Of a stretch of 64,000 nt of DNA, positions 38,495-49,481 are shown piece by piece (the first letter of the stretch is position 1; every line of letters starts with the position of its first letter). Position numbers and translations under genes: made by a program. This DNA is from an uncultured Verrucomicrobiae bacterium (GTDB taxonomy: Bacteria; Verrucomicrobiota; Verrucomicrobiia; Chthoniobacterales; UBA10450), in contig CAWIBO010000002.1 in assembly GCA_963834385.1 (NCBI GenBank), forward strand, positions 1,088,001 to 1,152,000, read 5' to 3'. The notes below the pieces were generated by a model. The model searched no databases. It was not told the origin of the DNA and saw only the letters and a program-made list of their open reading frames with translations.

Positions 38495-38941
38495 ATGCGC
38501 GCGTTTACCAGCAACGTCAACGAAGGCAACCTGGGGTTCCAGATTGCGCCCATGATCGACGTGGTTTTCGTCATCATGCTTTTCTTCATGGTCATGGCCG
38601 GCGCGGTGAAGATCGAGAACGAGCTCAATACCCAGCTCCCCGGCACGGCGCAGACCTCCGAATCGACCGACTTCGTGGATGAACAGATCATCACCATCTC
38701 CGACACGGGCGAGGTGATGTTGAATGATGAGCCTTTCGACTCGCCGCAGAGCCAGGAGCTTCCCCAGCTCAAGGGAACGCTCATGCGCCTGAAACAGAAT
38801 GCGGACGCGGCCAAGACACCGGCGGTGGTCACGATCATCAGCGATGAGATGGCGAAATACAGCCGCACGGTGGACGTGCTCGATGCCCTCGCCGTGGCCA
38901 AGATCGACAACGTCACCTTTACCGTCTCGGAAGAGGAATAA
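38495..38941 (+). CDS. ExbD/TolR family protein (second copy)
   Basis: IAPMIDVVFVIMLFFMV; VDVLDAL. Confidence 0.93.
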   Translation: MRAFTSNVNEGNLGFQIAPMIDVVFVIMLFFMVMAGAVKIENELNTQLPGTAQTSESTDFVDEQIITISDTGEVMLNDEPFDSPQSQELPQLKGTLMRLKQNADAAKTPAVVTIISDEMAKYSRTVDVLDALAVAKIDNVTFTVSEEE

Positions 38942-38963
38942 TTTTCCGCGAGATCAGTCGGCC

Positions 38964-40589
38964 TTAGCGAAATTCGCTTCGGTAGCGCGCCTCGAGCATC
39001 GACCAGAGGCCGAAAATGGCCAGGCCCGCCCCGGCGAGAGTGAGCCAGACCCAGCCAAGCGGTTGCGCGGCCAGCGCCTGCAGGGCTTCCTCCATGCCGC
39101 CGGCTTTCCCGGCGTCACCGGCCAGGCCCGCATGCAGAAGAAAAAGGGCGACCAGCGAAAACGCGAGACCGCGGACCCCGTAGCCGACGCGGCCGGCCCA
39201 GCAGGACCAGCGTTGCTGTGTCTCGGAAAGGTTCTCGCCGCGCAGATGCCGCGCAAAACGGGCGGTGAAGGCCTGGGTAAACTGCCAGGTGGCGGCGATG
39301 GCCACGCCCACGCCGGCGGAAACGACGAGCCCCCAGCCAAGCGGGTGGGTCAGGACCCAGGCCGTACTCTCTTCAATGCGGCGGTTATCACCAGCCGGTT
39401 CACCATATCCGAGCAGCGGCCAAAGCGCGCTGGCGACGATGCCGCCGTAGATTGTTCCGCTCACGAGGGCAATCAGGCGGGTGGTCCAGCGGTCGGCGCT
39501 GAAGATCTGGACCAGCCGCCAGGCGACGTAGGCCGCGAGCCCGAGCGCGACAAACCAGAGGACAAAGTTGCCCAGGGGCCAGTGTCGCACCTGCGCCAGG
39601 GCCTCGCGCTGGTCGCTGACCCGGCCTCCCTTGAGGCCGAGCCCGGCGAGGATGGCGAGCGTCCCCACGAGGAGGTAAACGAGACCGCGCGCGCCCAGCC
39701 CGATTCGGCCAAGGACGGGAACGGCCCGCGCAAATCCGGTCCGGTCCGTCATCTTCCCAGGGAAGAGGGTGAGAACGGCCAGGCCGAGCGAGAGATAGAG
39801 GAAAACCATCGTGCCGATGAAGTAAACCATGTAGGTGACAATGGCGCCGCCGATTGTTTCCCCGGTGCTGCCCTGGTAAACGCGGCGCAGCGCCTGGAAC
39901 AGGTAGATCACGTGCCAGGCCACGGAGGCGAGTGAGACGAGGGCGTAGGCGGCGTTCAGTTTCAGCCCCGCGAACGCGTAGAGGGGCAGAAAAAGGACCA
40001 GGGTCACGTTCATGAACGTCAGGTAATGCAGGGCGAAAATAAGATGCTGGACGAAAAACGGGGCGCGTCCGCGGTAAAGAAGAAAGAGCGTCGCGCCGAC
40101 CAGGACCGGATAAACGAGCTGGGTGATGGAGATGACAAACTGCCAGCGCTCGTTGGTCCGCTCGATGAAAGCCCCGGGCTCAAGTCCGAGGCGTTGTGCC
40201 GCCGAGACCACCATTTTTTCGTATTGCCCCGTCTGATCCGCCGCCAGGTAGGTTCGCAGATCATAGACGGCGGTGGGCGGGTAGATCGTGTAGGCGATGA
40301 AGGTGAGGGCAAAAACGACGAGATAAAACTTGAGTGGACCCAGGTAGCGCTGGCGGCGGCCGGCCAAAAACTCGGCCGTGAGCAGCCCCGGGCGCGCCAT
40401 GAGCGACCAGGCCGTCCGCAGGAGCTTTGAATGCTCGAGGTCGGTGATCTCGTCCACGGCGCGGCGGGCAAAGGTCCGAAGCTTCAGTTGTTCGGGATCG
40501 GGCTGCTGTTCTCCACACGCCGAACAGAAAGGCCCGGTGAGGAGGGCGCCGCAATTCGTGCAGGTGAGGGGCGGAGGTTCCGGCGGCAC
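38964..40589 (-). CDS. DUF3667-like zinc-ribbon membrane domain joined to DUF1206-like repeats (fusion, or two genes joined by an indel)
   Basis: CTNCG...FCSACGEQ and RPGLLTAEFLAGRRQRYLGPLKFYL; then RIGLGARGLVYLLVG and GRVGYGVRGLAF. Confidence 0.7.
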   Translation of the reverse strand: MPPEPPPLTCTNCGALLTGPFCSACGEQQPDPEQLKLRTFARRAVDEITDLEHSKLLRTAWSLMARPGLLTAEFLAGRRQRYLGPLKFYLVVFALTFIAYTIYPPTAVYDLRTYLAADQTGQYEKMVVSAAQRLGLEPGAFIERTNERWQFVISITQLVYPVLVGATLFLLYRGRAPFFVQHLIFALHYLTFMNVTLVLFLPLYAFAGLKLNAAYALVSLASVAWHVIYLFQALRRVYQGSTGETIGGAIVTYMVYFIGTMVFLYLSLGLAVLTLFPGKMTDRTGFARAVPVLGRIGLGARGLVYLLVGTLAILAGLGLKGGRVSDQREALAQVRHWPLGNFVLWFVALGLAAYVAWRLVQIFSADRWTTRLIALVSGTIYGGIVASALWPLLGYGEPAGDNRRIEESTAWVLTHPLGWGLVVSAGVGVAIAATWQFTQAFTARFARHLRGENLSETQQRWSCWAGRVGYGVRGLAFSLVALFLLHAGLAGDAGKAGGMEEALQALAAQPLGWVWLTLAGAGLAIFGLWSMLEARYRSEFR

Positions 40590-40646
40590 GCTTCTTAATC
40601 AGAAAGAAAGCCTCCGCCGACAATCCTGAAATGACGGAACAGGGTG

Positions 40647-41270
40647 TCAGCGGAACCAGGGATTCGCCGGCCGGGAGTGAAAGGAGGGATCGCGCCGGGG
40701 ATCGTAAGGATACTGTTGCTGGCGGTGGGGGCCGCCCCGCGGCTGCGGTCCGTACCGCCGATAGTCGCGGGTGCGCGGGGTGCGACCGAAGACATGCACC
40801 GGGGTGCCGACCTGAACGGCGCGAAAGAAAGCCGCCGCCATGTCCTCGGGGAAACGAACGCAACCGTGCGAGGCGGGATAACCGGGCAGATAACCGGCAT
40901 GCATGCCCTCGGCGCCGTTATAGCGCATGAAGTAGCGCATGGGCGCGGGGACAAACCGGCCGCCCCGCGGCACCTTCATGTCCGCATCGGCGTCCGCCAC
41001 CACCGTGCGCCCGGCGGCGTCCACGATGCGTCCGTAAAGGTTCGAGAAATGGTTGCGCTCCTTCTGCGTGATCTTGAAGGAACCGGTCTGGCTGAAATAA
41101 CCGGCACGCCCGCTGGAGATGGGACTGGCCAGCACCACCCGGCGATGCCTGAGCAGGTAAGCCATCTGCTGCCCGAGATCGATCTCGACCGAGTAGGGCG
41201 AGGGCGCAGCGCCTACGCCCGGCGGCAGGAGAAAAAGCAGTGCCAGCAATCCCTGGAAAATCCCTCGCAT
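40647..41270 (-). CDS. L,D-transpeptidase family protein
   Basis: PISSG, PMRYFMR, GMHAGYLPGYPASHGCVR; signal peptide. Confidence 0.92.
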   Translation of the reverse strand: MRGIFQGLLALLFLLPPGVGAAPSPYSVEIDLGQQMAYLLRHRRVVLASPISSGRAGYFSQTGSFKITQKERNHFSNLYGRIVDAAGRTVVADADADMKVPRGGRFVPAPMRYFMRYNGAEGMHAGYLPGYPASHGCVRFPEDMAAAFFRAVQVGTPVHVFGRTPRTRDYRRYGPQPRGGPHRQQQYPYDPRRDPSFHSRPANPWFR

Positions 41271-41318
41271 GACCGGGATTGGACCGGTGCGGCGTGCGAA
41301 AGATTCAACGAAAAGAGA

Positions 41319-42122
41319 TCAAACTGCGATGGGCGCCTTGATCGCCGGATGCGGATCGTAGTTCGAAAGGGTGAAATCCTCGAACTGGAACCGCTCGATT
41401 TCGCGCACGGAGGGATTGAGGGAGATGCGGGGGAGCGGGCGCGGGGTGCGCGAGAGTTGTTCGCGCGCCTGCTCGAGGTGATTCCGGTAAAGATGGAGAT
41501 CACCGAAGGTGTGAATGAAGTCCCCCGGCTGGAGATCGCAGACCTGCGCCATCATCATGGTAAGGAGCGCGTAGGAGGCGATGTTGAACGGAACGCCGAG
41601 GAAAAGATCGGCGCTGCGCTGGTAAAGCTGACAGCTCAGGGCGCCGTCGTGGACGTAAAACTGGAAAAGGACGTGGCAGGGCGGCAGGGCCATGGTTTCG
41701 ATCTCGGCCGGGTTCCAGGCGCTCACGAGGAGCCGGCGGCTCTCCGGGTTGCGCTGGATCTGGGAAATAACGTCGCGAATCTGGTCCACGCTTTTCCCAT
41801 CGGCGCCGCGCCAGTCCCGCCATTGCGCCCCGTAAACCCGCCCGAGGTTTCCCTCCGCGTCCGCCCATTCATCCCAGATGGTGACGCCCTGCGCGTTCAG
41901 GGAGCGGACATTGGTTTCACCGCGCAAAAACCAGAGAAGCTCGTGGATGATCGATTTGAGGTGGAGTTTTTTGGTCGTGAGCAGGGGGAAACCGGGACCG
42001 GCGGGGCGGAGATCGAACCGGGTTTGCGCCCCGAAGACCGAGAGAGTGCCGGTGCCGGTGCGATCCTCCCGCTCCGCGCCCTCGGCCAGGACGAGGCGGA
42101 GAAGATCGTGATACTGGCGCAT
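41319..42122 (-). CDS. thyA: Thymidylate synthase
   Basis: [43 protein letters not shown]. Confidence 0.97.
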   Translation of the reverse strand: MRQYHDLLRLVLAEGAEREDRTGTGTLSVFGAQTRFDLRPAGPGFPLLTTKKLHLKSIIHELLWFLRGETNVRSLNAQGVTIWDEWADAEGNLGRVYGAQWRDWRGADGKSVDQIRDVISQIQRNPESRRLLVSAWNPAEIETMALPPCHVLFQFYVHDGALSCQLYQRSADLFLGVPFNIASYALLTMMMAQVCDLQPGDFIHTFGDLHLYRNHLEQAREQLSRTPRPLPRISLNPSVREIERFQFEDFTLSNYDPHPAIKAPIAV

Positions 42123-42203
42123 GGGGAAACAGATAAACGAACAGGGCCGGGGGTGGCAGGAAAAATATCTTCCGCGATCGCCGGGCCGTGCTTAGAAAGA
42201 GGG

Positions 42204-42842
42204 ATGTTCTCGCTCCGAACCTTCTTTGGCGACGATCAGAAGTTCTACGACCTGCTCGAGGGGAGCGCGCAGGAGGCCGACGTCAGCGTGCATCATCTGG
42301 TCGATTTGCTGGCCCGGTTGAAGAAATCGACCTCGCCGGAGAACCTCGATGAATTCGTCAGCAGCCGCCGGAAGGACAAGGAGATCACCCAGGAGCTGAC
42401 CGAACAGCTTTGCAAAACCTTCATCACCCCGCTGGAGCGCGAGGATATCCAGGCGCTCGCGACCGCCCTCTACAAGATACCCAAGACGGTCGAGAAAATC
42501 GGGGAGCGGGTCCTGCTCCGCCCGGGGGAATTGCACGGCGAAGATTTCGGCGAGCACATGTCGCTCCTCGATGAGGCGGCCGAGACGGTCCTGGCGATGG
42601 TGAAATCGCTCCGGCACGGCATCGATATTGGAACGGCGCGCGAGATGAACCAGCGCCTCCAGGCCATCGAGGGAGCGGCGGACAAGCTGGAACTGGACAA
42701 ATTGCGCGAGCTTTATAATGGCGAAGGAAACGCCATCCACGTGATGTATCTGCGCGACCTCTTCGACCTTCTCGAGAAGGTGATCGACCGGTGCCGGGAC
42801 GCCGGCAACATCATCCTGCAGATCGTGCTCAAGCATTCCTGA
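42204..42842 (+). CDS. DUF47 family phosphate transport regulator
   Basis: TFITPLEREDI, IEGAADKL, LEKVIDRCRDAGN; directly upstream of pit. Confidence 0.9.
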   Translation: MFSLRTFFGDDQKFYDLLEGSAQEADVSVHHLVDLLARLKKSTSPENLDEFVSSRRKDKEITQELTEQLCKTFITPLEREDIQALATALYKIPKTVEKIGERVLLRPGELHGEDFGEHMSLLDEAAETVLAMVKSLRHGIDIGTAREMNQRLQAIEGAADKLELDKLRELYNGEGNAIHVMYLRDLFDLLEKVIDRCRDAGNIILQIVLKHS

Positions 42843-42855
42843 GGCAGCCGGGAAC

Positions 42856-43893
<1,038 letters not shown>

Positions 43894-43994
43894 TTCTCCG
43901 GCACCTGCGCGAGGAAACGGCGCCCGACGAGGGGGCGCTTCCCTCGGGGATTTGTCCCGCGCCGATAATGGCGCATCGTTGGCAGCCGGGCCGG

Positions 43995-44684
43995 ATGAAG
44001 GAAAAGAAGAGCATTCTGATCATTGAAGACGAGCAGGACGTGATCGATCTGCTCGCGCTGCATCTGCGCAAGGCGGGCGAGTTCGCCATTTCCATCGCGG
44101 AGGATGGCGCGCTCGGGTTAAAAAAGGCCCGGGCGGAAATGCCGGCCCTGATCATTCTCGATCTCATGCTGCCGAGGATGCCGGGCCTCGAAGTCTGCAG
44201 GATTCTCAAGACCGAAAGCGCCACCCGGCACATCCCGGTGGTGATGCTGACCGCCAGGGCGGAGGAAGTGGACCGCATCGTGGGCCTGGAGTTCGGGGCC
44301 GATGATTACGTGACGAAACCGTTCAGCCCGCGGGAGTTGATCCTCCGGATCAAGGCGATCATGCGGCGGACCAGCGATGAAAAGACGGACGAGAAACTGG
44401 TGGCGGGCGTCATCTCGATCGATCCCGCCCGTCATCATGTCCTGGTCAACGGCAAGTCGATCAAGTTGACCAGCGTCGAGTTCAAGCTCCTGGCCACGCT
44501 GGTGCGCCGCCGCGGACGGGTGCAGGCGCGCGACCGGTTGTTGAACGAAGTCTGGGGTTATGAAGCCGCCATCGACACAAGGACGGTCGACACCCATGTG
44601 CGCCGGCTCCGGGAAAAACTGGGCAAAGCCGCGGACGAAATCGAGACGGTGCGCGGGTTCGGCTACCGTCTGCGGGAAGGCTGA
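43995..44684 (+). CDS. phoB: OmpR-family response regulator, PhoB/PhoP-like
   Basis: IIEDE, LDLMLP, GADDYVTKPFS, RTVDTHVRRLREK, TVRGFGY; pst context. Confidence 0.88.
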   Translation: MKEKKSILIIEDEQDVIDLLALHLRKAGEFAISIAEDGALGLKKARAEMPALIILDLMLPRMPGLEVCRILKTESATRHIPVVMLTARAEEVDRIVGLEFGADDYVTKPFSPRELILRIKAIMRRTSDEKTDEKLVAGVISIDPARHHVLVNGKSIKLTSVEFKLLATLVRRRGRVQARDRLLNEVWGYEAAIDTRTVDTHVRRLREKLGKAADEIETVRGFGYRLREG

Positions 44685-44687
44685 GCG

Positions 44688-45968
44688 ATGAACGGTTGGA
44701 TCGTCGCGTTCCTGCTCGCGGTGATCGTGGCGCTGCCCATCCTGCTCTGGTACCGCTGGGGGGCGCCCTGGCGGGAATTTGATCAATTGACCCGGTCCAT
44801 GGCGGAGGGAGGGGTGAAACCGCGGCTGCTTTACACGGGGAACTCGAGGCTGGCGAGGATCGCCCGGCGCCTGGGCGAACTGCAGCACGAGCGGTCGGAA
44901 CTCGAGGCGCGCCTCGACGCGAGCGAATCGAGGACGCACGCCATTTTTGACGCGGTCCTCGATGGAGTGGCGGTCCTGGACGACAACCGCCGCATCCGGC
45001 TGGCGAACGCCGCCATGGAACGGCTTTTCAGCCGGCGCCCTTTCACCCCGGGTCTTTCGCTGCTGGAGGTGACGCGGAATGCCGATATTGACCGGCTCGT
45101 GGCGGCCGCGCTCGAGACGCGCGAACCGCAGCAGGGTGATCTCGCCTTCACGCTCGAAGGCGCCGAGGCCAGGATGCAGGCCAGCGCGGTTCCTCTTCCA
45201 CGCGGAGAACCGGGCGGCGCGGTGGTTCTTTTGCGCGACGTCACCCGCCTCCATGCCAGTGAACAGTTGCGCCGGGATTTCGTCGCCAATGTCTCCCATG
45301 AATTAAGAACGCCGCTCTCCATCCTGAACGGATATATCGAAACCCTGCTGGACGATCCCGGGCAGCCGCCAGAGGAACTCGATCGCATCGTGCGCGTCAT
45401 GGAGCGGCACGCCCGGCGTCTTACCCTGCTGGTGGAGGATATTCTCAGCCTGGCCCGCCTCGAGGCGCCCTCGGCCCGGTTGCAGCTGGCGGAAATTCAT
45501 CTGCCCAAATTCCTCGAAGGCATCCTGCGCGACTGGCAAAAACGCTTTGAAACGAAGAAGCTGCGCTGCCGTCTCGCCTGCCCTGATTCGCTCCCGGCCG
45601 TGCAGGCCGATGAAGACCGGCTGGCGGAGATTGTCTACAACCTGCTCGATAACGCGGTTAAATATTCGCACCCGGAGGGCGAGATCCGGGTCGAGGTCTC
45701 GCACCACGGCGACTGGGTGCGCCTGGCCATTGCCGATGAAGGCATCGGCATTTCCGCCCGGGATTTGCCCCGCGTTTTTGAGCGCTTCTACCGGGCTGAC
45801 CAGGCTCGCAGCCGGGCACAGGGCGGGACCGGCCTTGGCCTGGCCATCGTGAAGCACATCGCCCAGCTCCATGGCGGTGCCGCTGAGGCGGTTAGCCGGA
45901 CAGCCGAAGGCGCCACCATCACCGTGACCCTCCCGATCGCCGGGCCGGAAACCGTCACCAAAACGTAA
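44688..45968 (+). CDS. phoR: Phosphate sensor histidine kinase
   Basis: PAS-like region, RRDFVANVSHELRTPL, NLLDNAVKY, GGTGLGLAIVKH. Confidence 0.9.
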   Translation: MNGWIVAFLLAVIVALPILLWYRWGAPWREFDQLTRSMAEGGVKPRLLYTGNSRLARIARRLGELQHERSELEARLDASESRTHAIFDAVLDGVAVLDDNRRIRLANAAMERLFSRRPFTPGLSLLEVTRNADIDRLVAAALETREPQQGDLAFTLEGAEARMQASAVPLPRGEPGGAVVLLRDVTRLHASEQLRRDFVANVSHELRTPLSILNGYIETLLDDPGQPPEELDRIVRVMERHARRLTLLVEDILSLARLEAPSARLQLAEIHLPKFLEGILRDWQKRFETKKLRCRLACPDSLPAVQADEDRLAEIVYNLLDNAVKYSHPEGEIRVEVSHHGDWVRLAIADEGIGISARDLPRVFERFYRADQARSRAQGGTGLGLAIVKHIAQLHGGAAEAVSRTAEGATITVTLPIAGPETVTKT

Positions 45969-45970
45969 CA
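45952..45970 (+). promoter_or_regulatory. Putative Pho box upstream of pstC
   Basis: ccGTCACcaaaacGTAACa: half-sites at 45954 and 45965, 11 bp apart, overlapping the phoR stop codon. Confidence 0.6.
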
Positions 45971-46021
45971 GGAAACCGGTTGCCCGGGGGGCCTTCGCTC
46001 CGGCATCGTTTTTCTTCACTC

Positions 46022-47605
46022 ATGGAAACCGCCACAGATACTTCCGGTTTCCGCGCCCGGGGCGAGGGCGTCGTGAAAACGCGCCGGACCCGGGAACAGT
46101 TGATCCGCGTCTTTTTCGGAGGCAACGCCTTGGTTGCGATCGTTGTCCTGGGCCTGATCACCATTTTTCTTTTCCGGGAGGGCTTCGGTTTCTTTGGGCA
46201 AAACCTGACCAACCTGCGGCTCTACCGGGAAAGCGGTCTGGAATATGTGGACATCATCCGCGGGCAGGCGCGCGGGCATACCGCGCTGGTGCGGGGGCTG
46301 AACTCGATCCGGGCGCGGCAGTTTGAACGCCTCCAGGATGCGGGCCGGTCGCCCGAGCAAATCCTGGCGGCGCTGGCCCCCTTTGACCAGTTTCTCGAGT
46401 CCTTCAGCACGAGCGGGGAGGATTTAAACGGGATTGTTTCCGACCTCGGCGAGCAGGCGTCGGCCCTGAACGCCGAGCTGAGCGCGCAGGCCGAGCTCCT
46501 GGTGGCGCGCGAAAACCTGGCGCAACGGGGGGGTGCTCCCGGGATCGAGATCAAGCCGGTCGATCGCGCCGGGCAACTGGCTTTGTTGCGGACCGGCGGC
46601 GAAAGTTTTTCCCCCCTTTCCGCGGCGCTCACGGCGGAAGTGCAGCGGTTGCTGCACGCGGCCCCAACGATGCCCGACCCGGCGTCGCAACGGGCCTTCG
46701 AAGCGTGGCAGGAAAAGGCCAGTGCCTATGTCGCCGGGCTGCCGCGAACCACGGCGCAGTTGCGGGCCTGGAACCCGGACAAACCGGTGACCTGGTATCG
46801 CGGCATCAGTTCGTTCCTCTTCGGGCGCGACTGGATCACCGCCAGTTTCTGGCAGGATTGGTATGGAATTCTGCCGCTGCTGACCGGCTCGATCATGGTT
46901 TCGGTCGTGGCTCTGACGATTGCCGTCCCGCTAAGCGTGGCGGCCGCGATCTATGTCAGTGAGATCGCGACGGTCCGGGAGAAAAAGGTGATCAAGCCCT
47001 ACATCGAGTTCATTGCCGCCATTCCGTCCGTTGTCCTCGGCTTTTTCGGCATCGCCGTGGTGGGCGAGGCGATCCGGGCGGCTTCGCGTTCCGAGTGGCT
47101 GAGTTGGGTCAGTTTTTTTCCCCTGAGCGAGCGCCTGAACATCTTCACCGCGGGATGCCTGCTCGCGCTCATGGCGGTCCCAACGATCTTTACCCTGGCG
47201 GAGGACGCGCTCCGCAACGTGCCCCGCGGTTTTAAGGAAGCCTCCTATGCCCTTGGCGCCAATCGCCTCCAGACCATCGGGCGGGTGCTCATCCCTTCCT
47301 CACTCTCCGGCATCGTTTCCGCCATTCTGCTCGGGCTCGGCCGCGTCATCGGCGAGACCATGGTGGTGCTCCTGTGCGCGGGTAACCGCATTGAAATCCC
47401 CGATTTCACGGAAGGCCTGGGCGCGTTCTTCCAGCCGGTCCACACCATGACCGGGATCATTGCGCAGGAGATGGGCGAAGTGGTGCGGGGCAGCATGCAT
47501 TACCGCGCCCTCTTCATGGTCGGGCTCGTCCTTTTCACCATTACGCTTTGCATCAACTATCTCGCGCAGAAACTGGTCGCGCGTTACCGGATGAACATTG
47601 GCTAG
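46022..47605 (+). CDS. pstC: Phosphate ABC transporter permease with large extracytoplasmic insert
   Basis: ILPLLTGS, IAAIPSVVLGFFG, GRVIGETMVV, ALFMVGLVLF. Confidence 0.93.
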   Translation: METATDTSGFRARGEGVVKTRRTREQLIRVFFGGNALVAIVVLGLITIFLFREGFGFFGQNLTNLRLYRESGLEYVDIIRGQARGHTALVRGLNSIRARQFERLQDAGRSPEQILAALAPFDQFLESFSTSGEDLNGIVSDLGEQASALNAELSAQAELLVARENLAQRGGAPGIEIKPVDRAGQLALLRTGGESFSPLSAALTAEVQRLLHAAPTMPDPASQRAFEAWQEKASAYVAGLPRTTAQLRAWNPDKPVTWYRGISSFLFGRDWITASFWQDWYGILPLLTGSIMVSVVALTIAVPLSVAAAIYVSEIATVREKKVIKPYIEFIAAIPSVVLGFFGIAVVGEAIRAASRSEWLSWVSFFPLSERLNIFTAGCLLALMAVPTIFTLAEDALRNVPRGFKEASYALGANRLQTIGRVLIPSSLSGIVSAILLGLGRVIGETMVVLLCAGNRIEIPDFTEGLGAFFQPVHTMTGIIAQEMGEVVRGSMHYRALFMVGLVLFTITLCINYLAQKLVARYRMNIG

Positions 47606-48631
47606 ATGAAAGCGAGATCTTCCAACATGGCGCGAAGCCGTTTCCTGGAGCGGACGATGTTCTGGATCTTCCGGCTGGCCACCTATTTCATCCTCGCCTG
47701 CGCCTCCTACATCTTCCTCGATATCGGCATCAAGGGCAGCCGAACCCTTTTCCAGGCGGAGTTTCCCTTCCTCAACGTCGATTTTCTGACGGAGAATCCG
47801 CAAACCCTTTACGTTTTCAACCACGAAGGACGGGAGATGGCCCTGGGCGACCAGGATTACCGGGCCTGGCAGGCGCAACACCCCGGGGTGGAGGTAAATC
47901 CCTCCACCGTGGCCTATTCCGCCGGGGGAATCTGGCCCTGCATCGTGGGCACGGCCCTGCTCGTCATTGGCTCCATGACCCTGGCTCTTTTCGTCGGCAT
48001 CAGCAGCGCGATTTTCCTGAGCGAGTACAGCCGGAACAACGCCTTCATCCGGCTGGCGCGCGTCGCCATCCTGAACCTGGCCGGTGTCCCATCGATCGTC
48101 TTTGGCCTCTTTGGTTTCGGGCTCTTCGTCATTTTCTTTGGCTGGAACGTCTCGCTCCTCGCGGGGTGGTTCACTCTCGGGCTGATGATCCTGCCCGCGA
48201 TCATCACCGCGAGCGAGGAGTCGCTCCGGGCCGTGCCGCAGGGGCTGCGCGAAGGCTCGCTCGCCCTCGGCGCGACGAAATGGCAGACCATCCGCAAGAA
48301 TGTCCTCCCCTACGCCCTGCCCGGAGTCCTCACCTCATCGATCCTCGGCATTGCCCGCGTCGCGGGGGAGACGGCTCCGATCATGTTTACCGCCGCGTAC
48401 GCCATGCGCGACGAGATGCCATGGCAGGTCTCGAAATGGACCGATTTCTTTTTCCAGGGCGTCATGGCCCTGCCCTATCACATTTACGTGGTCAGCTCGA
48501 AAATACCCCAGAATGAGCACACCGAGCGCGTGCAATACGGCGCGGCGCTGGTTTTCCTCCTCGTCGTGATGCTCATCGCTCTCTCCTCGATTTTGTTGAG
48601 GGAAAGAAGCCGGAGCCGATTATCATGGTGA
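47606..48631 (+). CDS. pstA: Phosphate ABC transporter permease
   Basis: [46 protein letters not shown]. Confidence 0.94.
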   Translation: MKARSSNMARSRFLERTMFWIFRLATYFILACASYIFLDIGIKGSRTLFQAEFPFLNVDFLTENPQTLYVFNHEGREMALGDQDYRAWQAQHPGVEVNPSTVAYSAGGIWPCIVGTALLVIGSMTLALFVGISSAIFLSEYSRNNAFIRLARVAILNLAGVPSIVFGLFGFGLFVIFFGWNVSLLAGWFTLGLMILPAIITASEESLRAVPQGLREGSLALGATKWQTIRKNVLPYALPGVLTSSILGIARVAGETAPIMFTAAYAMRDEMPWQVSKWTDFFFQGVMALPYHIYVVSSKIPQNEHTERVQYGAALVFLLVVMLIALSSILLRERSRSRLSW

Positions 48632-49476
48632 ACCTGATGGAACTTAGTAAGCCCGCCCAGTCCCAGGCTGTTCCGCAAGAGGCGGCCGCGCCGGCGGCGG
48701 CTTCGCGTGCGCTCGACCGCCGGACCATCATCGAGATCGAGGACCTCGATTTTGCCTACGGCACCAACACGGTTCTGCAGGATATCACCCTGAACATCCC
48801 GCGCCGCGCGGTCACGTCCTTCATCGGCCCCTCCGGCTGCGGCAAGACCACGCTGCTGCGCTGTTTGAACCGGATGAACGACCTGGTGGAGGGCGCCCGC
48901 ATCACTTCCGGTTCCATCCGGATCGACGGCGTGGACATCAACGATCCCGGGGTGGATGTGGTCGATCTCCGGCGCCGGGTGGGCATGGTTTTCCAGAAAT
49001 CGAACCCGTTCCCGAAGTCGATCTACGACAACATCGCCTACGGCTTGCGGATCGCGGGGGTGAAGAAGCGTGCGCTCATCGACGAGGCTGTGGAGAAAAG
49101 CCTGCGCTCGGCCGCGCTCTGGGACGAGGTCAAGGATCGCCTCGATGTCAGCGGCTACGGTCTCTCCGGCGGGCAGCAGCAGCGCCTTTGCATTGCGCGG
49201 GCCCTGGCGGTGGAGCCGGAGATTGTCCTCATGGACGAGCCTTGCTCGGCCCTTGATCCCATCGCCACCGCCAAGGTGGAGGAACTGATCCACGAGCTGC
49301 GCAACCAGTACACCATCGTGATCGTGACGCACAACATGCAGCAGGCGGGGCGCTGCTCGGATCACACGGCCTTCTTTTATCTTGGACGCCTGATCGAGTT
49401 CGATTCCACTTCCAAAATTTTCTCGAACCCGTCACAAAAACAGACCGAGGACTACATCACCGGGCGATTTGGTTAA
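48625..49476 (+). CDS. pstB: Phosphate ABC transporter ATPase
   Basis: [41 protein letters not shown]. Confidence 0.97.
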   Translation: MVNLMELSKPAQSQAVPQEAAAPAAASRALDRRTIIEIEDLDFAYGTNTVLQDITLNIPRRAVTSFIGPSGCGKTTLLRCLNRMNDLVEGARITSGSIRIDGVDINDPGVDVVDLRRRVGMVFQKSNPFPKSIYDNIAYGLRIAGVKKRALIDEAVEKSLRSAALWDEVKDRLDVSGYGLSGGQQQRLCIARALAVEPEIVLMDEPCSALDPIATAKVEELIHELRNQYTIVIVTHNMQQAGRCSDHTAFFYLGRLIEFDSTSKIFSNPSQKQTEDYITGRFG

Positions 49477-49481
49477 GAGCG

